Positions 47,537-57,562 of a stretch of DNA of 62,188 bases are shown here, piece after piece. Every line of letters begins with the position of its first letter. Position 1 is the stretch's first letter. This stretch comes from an uncultured Bacilli bacterium. GTDB taxonomy: Bacteria; Bacillota_I; Bacilli_A; RF39; UBA660. The stretch covers positions 1 to 62,188 of the forward strand of contig CANRCX010000006.1 of assembly GCA_947629235.1 (NCBI GenBank). The letters run 5' to 3'. Below the pieces are notes generated by a model. That model was given only the letters and a program-made list of their open reading frames with translations. It searched no databases and was not told where the DNA came from. Both the position numbers and the translations under genes were made by a program.

Positions 47537-49405
47537 ATGATATACTATCCAAAACATTTTGGAGTTGATAGTTCATTTAATAGAAATTTAGATATTTTAC
47601 TTTCACTTAGTAAAGAATATAATGATAAAACTATTTATTTATTAAGTGAAAATAATAATTTAAAAGATTTAATAAAAAACAAAAATATTAAAATAATAAA
47701 AGATTATAAAAAATTAAAAGAAAATGACATAGTTGTACTAAACTATTATGGTGAAAGTAAAAATACATATGATTATTTTCATAAGAATAAAATATTATTT
47801 TATGAATCTTGTTCTACAATTATATCTGATACAAGAGAAAATATAAGTGAAAAATATAATCAAAAATATAATTTGATAATTGTTGGAGATAAAAATTCTA
47901 AAGAAATAATTAATTATAATACATGGTGTAATAATAAAGCATTAATAATTAGTGATATAAATGATTTTAAATTAATAAATAAAGATAATTATTTTATATT
48001 CTATTCTCTTAATACATCAATTGATTTATTAAATGAACTTCAAAAATATTTAAATGAAAATAATATTGATTATGAAATAGATAATACTATTTATGAAAGA
48101 CAAAATAATATTGAAAAAGATACTTTAAATTTATCTAAAGAAGTAGATAAACTAATATTATTAGGAACAAGTAATTATACTAAAAAATTAGCTAAAAATT
48201 GTTCTTTAAATACAAAAGTATATTTATATAAAAATATAAATGAATTTTATGAAGGTATAAAAAAAGAAAACTTTAAAAATGATGATAAAATTGGTATATC
48301 TATAGAAGAAAATATAGATACATATACTCTATATGAATGCTCTAATCTATTAAAATTTTATATTTATTATAAATCTAGAATTAAAGATATAGAAAAAGAA
48401 ATAAATAATTTTAATGATTTTATAAAATCAAAAGATAATAAAATAATAATTGATGCTACTAATAAATTTATTAATATGAATAGTGGTGGTAAATATTTAA
48501 GAGCACTTCTTATTGATCTTGGATATAAATTAAATAAAGATAGTGATTATGCTCTAAAACTTGCATCTTCTTATGAAGCATTTCAAACTTCTATATTAAT
48601 ACATGATGATATTATAGATAATTCTTCTTTTAGAAGAGGGAAAGAAACTATCTCATATAGTTATAAAAAAGAATTTGAAAGTTTTAATTCTAATGATAAT
48701 ATTCATAATAATTTAGCTCTTTGTATTGGAGATTTAGGATTTTACTATGTAAATGAATATATACTTGATAACTATAAAGATAATAAAAATTTTAATAAAT
48801 TATTTTCTTATTATAATAATATTGTTATTAATACTATTAAAGGTGAAATTCTTGATGTATATTTACCTTTTATTGAAGAGTATGATAAAAATCATATTTT
48901 AAAAGAAGAAGATATAATGGAAATATATAAATTAAAGACATCTCACTACTCTATAGTTGGACCATTTGTCATGGGTATGATTCTTTCTGGTTCAAGAGAT
49001 GAAGATATTAAAGAAATAGAAAGTATTTTAGATAGTGTTGGCATTGCTTTTCAAATAAAAGATGATATTTTAGGTATTTATAGTAGTAATGAAATACTAG
49101 GAAAGCCAGTATTTAGTGATATAGAAGAATTTAAACAGACAATACTTTATTCATATATTAAAATTAATAAAAAAGATTATTTAAATGAATTATTAAAATA
49201 TTATGGTAAAAAAGATTTAAATGAAAAAGAAGCTATTAAAGTACAAAATATTATAGAAGAATCTGGTTCACTAAAATATGCTGCTGATAAAATGAATGAT
49301 ATGTTTACTTTAGCTAAAAGAGAAATCAATTTACTTCAAATAAATAAAGAAATAAAAAATATACTACTAGGTTTAATAGTATATTTAGAATTAAGAGAAA
49401 AATAA
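47537..49405 (+). CDS. degenerate IspH/LytB-like domain fused to polyprenyl diphosphate synthase
   Basis: C-half GGKYLR, HDDIID...RRG, LKT, FQIKDDIL; N-half follows the IspH layout (IIVGDKNSKEI, ERQ, EVDKLILLG, IGIS). Confidence 0.75.
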   Translation: MIYYPKHFGVDSSFNRNLDILLSLSKEYNDKTIYLLSENNNLKDLIKNKNIKIIKDYKKLKENDIVVLNYYGESKNTYDYFHKNKILFYESCSTIISDTRENISEKYNQKYNLIIVGDKNSKEIINYNTWCNNKALIISDINDFKLINKDNYFIFYSLNTSIDLLNELQKYLNENNIDYEIDNTIYERQNNIEKDTLNLSKEVDKLILLGTSNYTKKLAKNCSLNTKVYLYKNINEFYEGIKKENFKNDDKIGISIEENIDTYTLYECSNLLKFYIYYKSRIKDIEKEINNFNDFIKSKDNKIIIDATNKFINMNSGGKYLRALLIDLGYKLNKDSDYALKLASSYEAFQTSILIHDDIIDNSSFRRGKETISYSYKKEFESFNSNDNIHNNLALCIGDLGFYYVNEYILDNYKDNKNFNKLFSYYNNIVINTIKGEILDVYLPFIEEYDKNHILKEEDIMEIYKLKTSHYSIVGPFVMGMILSGSRDEDIKEIESILDSVGIAFQIKDDILGIYSSNEILGKPVFSDIEEFKQTILYSYIKINKKDYLNELLKYYGKKDLNEKEAIKVQNIIEESGSLKYAADKMNDMFTLAKREINLLQINKEIKNILLGLIVYLELREK

Positions 49406-49423
49406 TAGAAAAACTATTATTTT

Positions 49424-50407
49424 TTATTTTCTTTGAAGTCCCATTTTTTCTTTCATAAATTCATATTTTTCATGTGCAAGATCTCTTGATTTTTTAATAC
49501 CTGCATTTAGTATTTCATCTAATTCTTTACTGTTTATAATTTCATTATATTTAGTTTGTATTTTTTCTATAAAGTTAGCTACTACATCAGCAACATAAGA
49601 TTTAAAATCACCATAACCTTTTCCTTTAAATCTATTTTCTAACTCTTCTATACTAATATTATCTAATATAGATGCTATATTTAATAAATTAGATATTCCT
49701 GGTTGATTTTCTTTATCATAATGAACATTATTTAAGCTATCTGTTGTAGCTTTCTTTATTTTAGCTTTAACTTCTTCTACACTATCAAATAAACTAATTA
49801 CTCCACCTGGATTTTCTTCTGATTTACTCATTTTCTTTAATGGATTTTTTAAATCATTTATTTTTTGTCCATTAGAGTTTATTAATGGTTCTGGTAATTT
49901 AAAAGTTTCACCATATTTATTATTAAATCTTTCTGCTATATTTCTTGCAAGTTCTACATGTTGTTTTTGATCTAATCCAACAGGTACAATATCAGTATCA
50001 CAATATAAAATATCAGCTGCCATTAATATTGGATATGTAAGAAGACCAACTGAAAAATTAGCATTTTGCTTACTTTTTTCTTTAAATTGTATCATTCTAG
50101 ATGCTTCTCCATATGTTGTACTACATTCAAGTAAATATGAAATACTACCTAAATATTCATTTTCTGATTGAATATAAATTGTATTCTTTTTAGGATCTAT
50201 ACCACAAGCAATATACATAGCAATAAATTTACGAATTCTTTGTTTTAATTCACTTGGATCTTGATATATAGTTAAAGCATGTAAATCCGCAACAAATAGA
50301 AATGATTCATATTCATCTTGTAATTTAACCATTTGACTAATTGATCCAATATAATTTCCAAGTGTTAAATCACCTGTTGGTTTTAAACCAGTTAATATTC
50401 TTTTCAT
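49424..50407 (-). CDS. trpS: tryptophanyl-tRNA synthetase
   Basis: PTGDLTLGNYIG, YPILMAADIL, DQKQHVEL, KMSKS. Confidence 0.98.
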   Translation of the reverse strand: MKRILTGLKPTGDLTLGNYIGSISQMVKLQDEYESFLFVADLHALTIYQDPSELKQRIRKFIAMYIACGIDPKKNTIYIQSENEYLGSISYLLECSTTYGEASRMIQFKEKSKQNANFSVGLLTYPILMAADILYCDTDIVPVGLDQKQHVELARNIAERFNNKYGETFKLPEPLINSNGQKINDLKNPLKKMSKSEENPGGVISLFDSVEEVKAKIKKATTDSLNNVHYDKENQPGISNLLNIASILDNISIEELENRFKGKGYGDFKSYVADVVANFIEKIQTKYNEIINSKELDEILNAGIKKSRDLAHEKYEFMKEKMGLQRK

Positions 50408-50452
50408 AAACACTCCTTAAATATTAATATAAGTATAACACAAATTATTAAT

Positions 50453-51157
50453 TTATTTTACACTACCTTTTGTAATATTTCTATTTTGATAATCTAAAAG
50501 AGCTTTATCAAATTCTTCTTCATTGAAATCAGGAAAACAAGTAGATGTAAAATATATTTCAGCATAACTAATACTATATAACATAAAATTACTAATTCTA
50601 ATTTCTCCACTAGTTCTAATTAATAAATCTACTGGTGGTAAATCATTATATAAATAATGATAGAAGTTTTCAGTATCAAGTGAATTTATATCTAATACTC
50701 CTTCTTGTACAAGATTCACTATTTTCTTAGTAGTATCAACTATTTCAGCTTGTCCACCATAATTTAAGCATACATTAAATACACCCTTTTTACAATTACT
50801 AGTCTCATTTTCTATTTCCTTCATTACATTATAGACTTCATCACTAAGTGGTTCTTTTCTACCTGAAAATACTACTTTTATATCATTTTTAATAAAAAAA
50901 TTTTTATCACTTTTAAATGCTGTTACAAATAAATTCATTAAATAATCTACTTCTTCTTTACTCCTTTTAAAGTTTTCAGTAGAAAATGCAAATACACTTA
51001 AATATTTTACTCCACAATCTAATATATGAAGAGCTGTTTTTTTAAGTGTTTTATATCCAGCATAATGTCCATCACTTCTTTTAAGTCCTTTCCTTGTAGC
51101 CCATCTACCATTTCCATCCATTATAATCGCTACATGGGTTGGAATATCATTTATCAT
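50453..51157 (-). CDS. uppS: undecaprenyl diphosphate synthase
   Basis: HVAIIMDGNGRWA, FSTEN, LLIRTSGE.RISNF. Confidence 0.97.
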   Translation of the reverse strand: MINDIPTHVAIIMDGNGRWATRKGLKRSDGHYAGYKTLKKTALHILDCGVKYLSVFAFSTENFKRSKEEVDYLMNLFVTAFKSDKNFFIKNDIKVVFSGRKEPLSDEVYNVMKEIENETSNCKKGVFNVCLNYGGQAEIVDTTKKIVNLVQEGVLDINSLDTENFYHYLYNDLPPVDLLIRTSGEIRISNFMLYSISYAEIYFTSTCFPDFNEEEFDKALLDYQNRNITKGSVK

Positions 51158-51290
51158 AAGTACTTCTCCTTCAAATTCATTATTATTATACAAGAAATAT
51201 TTAATTATTTACACTATTTTTATTTTTTTTTACACTTTTTAATTAAAATATAGTATAATTTATTAGATTTAAGAAAAAGGTGGTGTAAAA

Positions 51291-52625
51291 ATGTTAGAAA
51301 AAATAGAAAATTTAATTGATGAAAAGAAATATCAAAAAATAAAAGAATTATTAATTGAAATGAATGAACATGATATTGCTGATGTTTTAGAAAGTTTATC
51401 TAAAAAAGAAGCTATTAAAATATTTAGATTATTAAAAAAAGAAGTTGCAGCAGATGTATTTTCTAATTTAGAAACAGATACACAAACAAGTATTATTACA
51501 TCACTAAGTGATATGGAAGCAGTAGATATCATTAATGATATGTCAGCAGATGACGCGGTTGATTTAATTGATGAAATGCCTGCTAATGTCGTAAATAAAT
51601 TATTAAATAAAGTTGATGCTGAAACTAGAAGAAATATAAATCAATTGCTTAAATATCCTGATAATTCTGCTGGTAGTATTATGACTGTAGAATATCTTGA
51701 TTTTAAAGAATATATAACTATAAGAGATGCTATTAAAAAGATAAGACGAGAATATGATGAAAAAGAAACAATTAATATTTGTTTTGTAACTGATAAAAGA
51801 AGAAAATTAATTGGAAGTGTTAAATTAAAAGATTTAGTTATTAATAATGAAGATATGAGTGTAAAAGATATTATGGATAATGATATAATTTCTGTTAATA
51901 CTCTTATGGATCAAGAAGAAGTTGCCAAAATAATAAAAGATTATGATTTAACAAGTGTTCCTGTAGTTGATAGTGAAAATAAATTAGTTGGAATTATTAC
52001 TATTGATGATGTAATTGATATTATTGAAGAAGAAACTACAGAAGATATTGAAAAAATGGCAGCTATTGTTCCAACAGAAAAATCATATTTAAAAATGTCT
52101 ATATTTGATATTTTTAAAAGTAGAATTCCATGGTTACTTTTATTAATGATTTCTGCTACATTTACAGGTAAAATAATAAGTCATTATGAAACTTCACTTG
52201 CAAGTATGGTAATTCTTACATCATTTATTCCAATGATTATGGACACTGGTGGTAATGCTGGTGGTCAAGCAAGTGCAACTATTATTCGTGGACTTTCACT
52301 TAATGATATTGAATTTAAAGATATTTTTAAAGTTATATTTAAAGAATTAAGAGTATCATTAATTGTTGGTATTACTCTTGCTATTGCAAATTTTATTAAA
52401 TTATTAGTAATTGATAAGGTAAGTACAACTATTGCATTTGTAGTATGTATAACTTTAGTTTTAACTGTATGTGTTGCTAAAATTATTGGTTGTACTCTTC
52501 CAATAATAGCTAAAAAAATTGGATTTGATCCAGCAGTTATGGCTAGCCCATTTATTACTACAATAGTTGATGCTGTATCTTTATTTATATATTTTAAAAC
52601 TGCAGTTAGCATACTTGGTATATAA
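51291..52625 (+). CDS. mgtE: magnesium transporter MgtE
   Basis: MgtE_N, CBS pair, RIPWL, GGNAGGQ, DPAVMASPFITT.VD. Confidence 0.97.
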   Translation: MLEKIENLIDEKKYQKIKELLIEMNEHDIADVLESLSKKEAIKIFRLLKKEVAADVFSNLETDTQTSIITSLSDMEAVDIINDMSADDAVDLIDEMPANVVNKLLNKVDAETRRNINQLLKYPDNSAGSIMTVEYLDFKEYITIRDAIKKIRREYDEKETINICFVTDKRRKLIGSVKLKDLVINNEDMSVKDIMDNDIISVNTLMDQEEVAKIIKDYDLTSVPVVDSENKLVGIITIDDVIDIIEEETTEDIEKMAAIVPTEKSYLKMSIFDIFKSRIPWLLLLMISATFTGKIISHYETSLASMVILTSFIPMIMDTGGNAGGQASATIIRGLSLNDIEFKDIFKVIFKELRVSLIVGITLAIANFIKLLVIDKVSTTIAFVVCITLVLTVCVAKIIGCTLPIIAKKIGFDPAVMASPFITTIVDAVSLFIYFKTAVSILGI

Positions 52626-52661
52626 AAAGACAAATTTAATTAAATTTGCCTTTTATTTTTA

Positions 52662-54932
52662 TTATCTATGTCCAGCTAATGCAACACCTTGACATATTTG
52701 ATTTTCTAATGAACAATATCCAGCTTTTCGTTGTAATGATGCAATTCTTCTATTTATTTTAGCTATATCTCTTTCTGTTCTATTCTTTTGTCTTTCTTCT
52801 TTTCTAGTAGTTGGATTCATAGAACTTAAGTTACTACTTAATTCAGCTTTCTTATCTTCAAGTCTAATTTTTTCGTATTCCATTCCAAGCATTTTTTCAG
52901 CATGAGAACTTGCTAATCTTTGTTCATCTCTATATCTTTGTTGTTTTTCTTTAACTCTAGTTATATATTTGTTTGTATTAGCATTTATAATCATAGTTTG
53001 TGTACTATTTAACTCAATTTGTTTTCCTTGTAATGCTTTTATTTCTGCATTTAATTTTCTTATATTTTTGTTAATAGCACCTTTCATATTTTTAAATTTA
53101 GGGTTTTTAAGATTTTTCTCTTCTTTCTCTAATTCTTTATATTTTGCTTTTAAAATTTCTTCATTTTTATCAAGCTTTTTTGAAATAGAATCTATTTTTC
53201 TATTCTTTTTATCTTTTTCAAAAGTTACATAATCACTTGCACTTTCTAATCCTAAACTTTGAACTTTATCTGAATAATTTTTTGATTTTGATTTTAAATC
53301 TGCTAATATGTCTTTTATAAAATCTTCTTCTTTTTGAGAATGTTGATAATCACCCATTGTTGCTAAAATATCTTCATATTTTTGTATTAATTGATCATAA
53401 TCATCAATAGACTCTTTATGTTTCTTTGTTACATCTAAATTAGTAACAGCTAGCATTACTTTCTTAGAAGTTTTTAATCTTTCAAGTTCATTATCACTTA
53501 AAACATAATCCATATCATTTGCTGGAATGCTTAAATCATTAGCTAAAGTTATATAGTCATTATCAATTATATTTTTTGGTAAAGTACCATTTTCAACGTA
53601 ATATCTTATTGATTTATCTACTACTGATGGCTGTGCTGGTCCACTTGGAGTACTTTGTGCTGGTCCACCTGGTGGATTTTGTGCTGGCCCACCTGGTGGA
53701 TTTTGTGCTGGTCCACCTGGAGTGCTTTGTGCTGGTCCACCTGGTGGATTTTGTGCTGGTCCACCTGGAGTGCTTTGTGCTGGTCCATTTGGTGCACTTT
53801 GTGTTGGACCACTTGGAGTACTTTGTGCTGGTCCTTGATTAGCTCTTCTTGTAGACATTGCCTGTCTTTGTTTATCAGAAATAGGAGCATTTATAACTTG
53901 TGATATTGGTTTACCCTTTGCTGTAAATGATGGTCGTTGAAAATATTTTTCTCCTATATTTACATAATTTTTTCTATCTATAAGATCATCTAATAATGCT
54001 TGATAAGATATTAATTCTTGTTCACATTTTGCTTTTTCTTCTGGATCTTTAATTCTTGGAATTTTTATTTTTAAATTACTAATTCTTGTACCAATTCGAG
54101 CAATATACTTATCCACTTGGCTCTGTTCTTTTTGTAATGAAGCTTTTCTTGACTCTATTTGTTTTTTCTTATTATTAACTTTTTTATTTAAGTTATTAAG
54201 TGAAACATAAAAACTAGTACGTTTATCTAAATCACATTTATCAATTTCAGTATTAGCTAAAACATCTATTTGTTCCATAAATCTATCAAATTGATCCATA
54301 TTAATTTGATTAAGATCATAAAGGAACATTTCATTTTCTTCACCCAATGATTTTTCAAATCTATCATAAGCTTTTTTCATATTATTTTTTTCTCTAGTTG
54401 CATCACTTATATTTAATGAAGTATTAGTAGGAACATTATTTGTTGGAATTGGTGTTGATGTTGGTTCTGGTATTACAATTGGATCTGGTGTTGGAATTGT
54501 AGGTCCAGGATTATTTTCAGTGTTTGAATTAGAAATTTCATTATCAAAATCATGGTAACCAATATTTCTTAATTTATTAATTGTTTCTTCAGTTAACCCA
54601 TTATTTTTTAATTTTTCTATTATTTCTCTTCTTCCTTCAACAAAATCATTACTTCTATTTGTTGGTACAAAAATATCTCTAAGTTCTTCTTCACCTAATC
54701 TATTAATTACATCTACCAACTTATTATTATCTAATTTATTTAAATATAATTTCCCTTGATTAATGCCTCTATCTTCTGGTTTATTACTTTTTAATAGCTC
54801 TACAATTTGATCCACAGACATATTTTGTATAATTGAAGTTTTTAAAGTAACATTTTCATTTTTAAAATAATCAACGGCCTGCTCAGCATTCATATTATCC
54901 AAAATTTCTTTAATATTATTATTCTCGTTCAT
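52662..54932 (-). CDS. large hypothetical coiled-coil protein with Pro-rich tandem repeats
   Basis: 756 aa; N-terminal domain paralogous to 54975-55919; GPAQ(S/N)(T/P)P(G/S) repeats. Confidence 0.75.
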   Translation of the reverse strand: MNENNNIKEILDNMNAEQAVDYFKNENVTLKTSIIQNMSVDQIVELLKSNKPEDRGINQGKLYLNKLDNNKLVDVINRLGEEELRDIFVPTNRSNDFVEGRREIIEKLKNNGLTEETINKLRNIGYHDFDNEISNSNTENNPGPTIPTPDPIVIPEPTSTPIPTNNVPTNTSLNISDATREKNNMKKAYDRFEKSLGEENEMFLYDLNQINMDQFDRFMEQIDVLANTEIDKCDLDKRTSFYVSLNNLNKKVNNKKKQIESRKASLQKEQSQVDKYIARIGTRISNLKIKIPRIKDPEEKAKCEQELISYQALLDDLIDRKNYVNIGEKYFQRPSFTAKGKPISQVINAPISDKQRQAMSTRRANQGPAQSTPSGPTQSAPNGPAQSTPGGPAQNPPGGPAQSTPGGPAQNPPGGPAQNPPGGPAQSTPSGPAQPSVVDKSIRYYVENGTLPKNIIDNDYITLANDLSIPANDMDYVLSDNELERLKTSKKVMLAVTNLDVTKKHKESIDDYDQLIQKYEDILATMGDYQHSQKEEDFIKDILADLKSKSKNYSDKVQSLGLESASDYVTFEKDKKNRKIDSISKKLDKNEEILKAKYKELEKEEKNLKNPKFKNMKGAINKNIRKLNAEIKALQGKQIELNSTQTMIINANTNKYITRVKEKQQRYRDEQRLASSHAEKMLGMEYEKIRLEDKKAELSSNLSSMNPTTRKEERQKNRTERDIAKINRRIASLQRKAGYCSLENQICQGVALAGHR
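53631..53834. repeat. 24-bp in-frame tandem repeat, ~8.5 copies
   Basis: TGTGCTGGTCCACCTGG-type units encoding GPAQSTPG/GPAQNPPG. Confidence 0.95.
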
Positions 54933-54974
54933 ACTATTCCTCTTCCTACAATAGAATTATAAATATATTTTAAA

Positions 54975-55919
54975 CTATTTTTTATTTCTTTTTTTATCTA
55001 ATTCTTTTTGTATCTTTTTATTTTTTTCTTCTTTTGATGATTCTATCTTATTATAAATATCTAAAATAGCTGTAAATAAACTTACATAGTTTGATAAATC
55101 ATTTTTATCAATATTTGATTTTATTAATTTATTTAATCTATCTGATAATTCTTCTAATACATTATCATTTAAAAGTTTATTTAATTCTTCTACTTCTAAT
55201 TTTTCTATATCTTTTAATTTTTTTAAATAGCTATTTAATTGTGATTTAATGATATTTTTTTCTTCATTTGCATCTTTAATACTTTTTATATTTCCTTTTT
55301 CATTAACATTTGTTTCATCATTAAAATCATCATAACCAATTGCTTTAAAATATCCAATTGTTTCACTTTTTAATCCTAAACTTTTTAATTTATTAATTAA
55401 AACTTCTCTTGCTTTTTCAAATACATCAAATTGATTCTTCTTTAAATTTTTATCAAATATTTTTTTAATACTATTAAAACTTAAATTATTAAATACATCA
55501 ATTAATTTATTTTTTTCTATAGAATTAATATAAAGTAATGGATTTTCAATATTATCAATTAAATATATTATTTGTTCAACTGTCATATTTTGTATTATTA
55601 AAAATTTTTTAGTTGAACTATTTTCAGTAATAAAATACTTTAATGCATCCATTACAGACATACTCTCTAATTTTTCTTGTTCTATTTTATTTGATGATAC
55701 ACTATCAGTATTAATTCTATCTTTTAAATTATTATAATTTTTTTCTAAAAGATTTAATTCTACATTTAAACTTTTAACAACTTTTTCAAGTTGTCTTTTT
55801 CTAATAGGATTAATAACACTTGCTAATTCATTTTTTCTTACTTTAATATCTGATTTTTTTGAATTAATTAATGTTTCTAAAGTAGTTAGCTCATTTTGTA
55901 AATTTCTACCATCATTCAT
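54975..55919 (-). CDS. hypothetical coiled-coil protein, paralog of the neighbouring N-terminal domain
   Basis: IIQNMTVEQI vs IIQNMSVDQI; IGYDDFNDE vs IGYHDFDNE. Confidence 0.7.
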   Translation of the reverse strand: MNDGRNLQNELTTLETLINSKKSDIKVRKNELASVINPIRKRQLEKVVKSLNVELNLLEKNYNNLKDRINTDSVSSNKIEQEKLESMSVMDALKYFITENSSTKKFLIIQNMTVEQIIYLIDNIENPLLYINSIEKNKLIDVFNNLSFNSIKKIFDKNLKKNQFDVFEKAREVLINKLKSLGLKSETIGYFKAIGYDDFNDETNVNEKGNIKSIKDANEEKNIIKSQLNSYLKKLKDIEKLEVEELNKLLNDNVLEELSDRLNKLIKSNIDKNDLSNYVSLFTAILDIYNKIESSKEEKNKKIQKELDKKRNKK

Positions 55920-56178
55920 TGTCTTCCTCTATCTCATTTGCTACTCTATCTATTTCATAATTAATATAATCTATTTCATCTTGAGATTGGATTTGATCTA
56001 GAGTATAACTATCTTCTTTTTCATTTAAAATTGAAGCAAAAATTGTATCATTATTATCACCTACTGTATAAATTATAAATGTTTTGTTATAACTTTTTGA
56101 TTCAATTATATCAAGAACATGAATTTCAGTTTCTACTCCATCTACTTTTACTTTTAAAACATTATTAAAATCTTCCAT
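55912..56178 (-). CDS. DUF1292-like small acidic protein
   Basis: YNKTFIIYT, IFASIL, DEIDYI pattern. Confidence 0.6.
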   Translation of the reverse strand: MEDFNNVLKVKVDGVETEIHVLDIIESKSYNKTFIIYTVGDNNDTIFASILNEKEDSYTLDQIQSQDEIDYINYEIDRVANEIEEDNE

Positions 56179-56269
56179 ATGACTGCCTCCTACTTTATAA
56201 AAAAATTATAACAAAAATAATATTAAAACTCAATCTTTTTATAAAAAAAGAAGTCACAAGACTTCAATG

Positions 56270-57256
56270 TTAATTTAATAATTCATCTCCTGATTTAAGC
56301 ATTGTTATAATACTTATTCCATAACCTAATTTAACATTATCAATTACTACATTAGTAACAGCTCCGATTAGTTTATTATTTTGTATTATTGGAGAACCAC
56401 TCATACCTTGAACTATACCACCTGTTTTATTTATTAAATCTTTATCTATAACTTCAAAACTAAAAGATTTTTGAGTGTCTTTTTTATTATAATATTTATC
56501 TATTATATTTATATCATATTTTTTAACTTCATTATCTTTAGTAACAGTTAAAATATATGCTTTTCCTTTATTAATTTCAGAAAATTCTGCTACTTCTATA
56601 GTATCTTTATTTGGAAGTGATGAAGTATAAAATCCATATATACCAGTATTTGTATTTTTTAAAATTGTTCCAATCTTTTTATTATATAAAATATTTGCAT
56701 TTTTACTTCCTACTTGTCCATTTCTACTTTTAGTTATATTTGTTACTTTACTAAGTAAAATATTACCATCTTTTACTTCTATTCTATCATTTGTTTCACT
56801 AAGTATTATTTCATGACCTAAAGAACCGTATACTTTAGTAATTGGATCTATATAACTTAATGTTCCAAGTCCTGTAACACTATCTTTTATATAAAGTCCT
56901 GTTTTATATACATTATTTTCTATTTCTAATTTTAATTTAGTTTTTATTATTTTATTATTTCTTATAACTTCTACATCAACACTTAAATTATCTACGATTT
57001 CTTCATTTATAACATTAGTAAGCTCACTAATAGATGATACTTCTTTATTATTTATTTTTGTTATTCTATCTCCTATTTTTATATTATCTTTAGCTATATA
57101 TTTATCATTTACTTTATAATAACCTACTACTATTAAACCATCTGAATTTATTTGTATACCAATACTTTCTCCCCCAGGAATTACATTTTTTGAGTATGCT
57201 AAAACATAAACAGGCAAAAATAAAATAATAAATATAGTAATAATCATTTTTTTCAT
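56270..57256 (-). CDS. spoIVB: SpoIVB peptidase S55
   Basis: VIPGGESIGI, PDZ domain, GSLGH, TGGIVQGMSGSPIIQ. Confidence 0.95.
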   Translation of the reverse strand: MKKMIITIFIILFLPVYVLAYSKNVIPGGESIGIQINSDGLIVVGYYKVNDKYIAKDNIKIGDRITKINNKEVSSISELTNVINEEIVDNLSVDVEVIRNNKIIKTKLKLEIENNVYKTGLYIKDSVTGLGTLSYIDPITKVYGSLGHEIILSETNDRIEVKDGNILLSKVTNITKSRNGQVGSKNANILYNKKIGTILKNTNTGIYGFYTSSLPNKDTIEVAEFSEINKGKAYILTVTKDNEVKKYDINIIDKYYNKKDTQKSFSFEVIDKDLINKTGGIVQGMSGSPIIQNNKLIGAVTNVVIDNVKLGYGISIITMLKSGDELLN

Positions 57257-57331
57257 GATATCACCTCTTTATTATTTTTAACTTTTTTTAATTATTTAAC
57301 TATCCAATTATTAGATAACCAATTTTTACTA

Positions 57332-57562
57332 TTATTCTTCTATTTCAAAATCAGTTATTTTACCATTTTCATCCACTAATTTATTAATAGTAGTAGTTGC
57401 ACTATTTAATTTATTTTCACAAAATTCTATTAATTTCATAGCTTCAGTGTATTTAGATATTGATTTATCTAAATCAAGTTCACCACTTTCAAGTTCAGCT
57501 ACTATTGTTTCTAATTCTCTTACAGCATCTTCAAATTTCTTTTCTTTTTTACTTTCACTCAT
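57332..57562 (-). CDS. xseB: exodeoxyribonuclease VII small subunit
   Basis: FEDAVRELETIV..LESGEL.L. Confidence 0.95.
   Translation of the reverse strand: MSESKKEKKFEDAVRELETIVAELESGELDLDKSISKYTEAMKLIEFCENKLNSATTTINKLVDENGKITDFEIEE

Noticed and set aside
53631..53834. 24-bp GC-rich repeats as a CRISPR array
   Set aside because: Contiguous in-frame coding repeats with no unique spacers and no cas genes.
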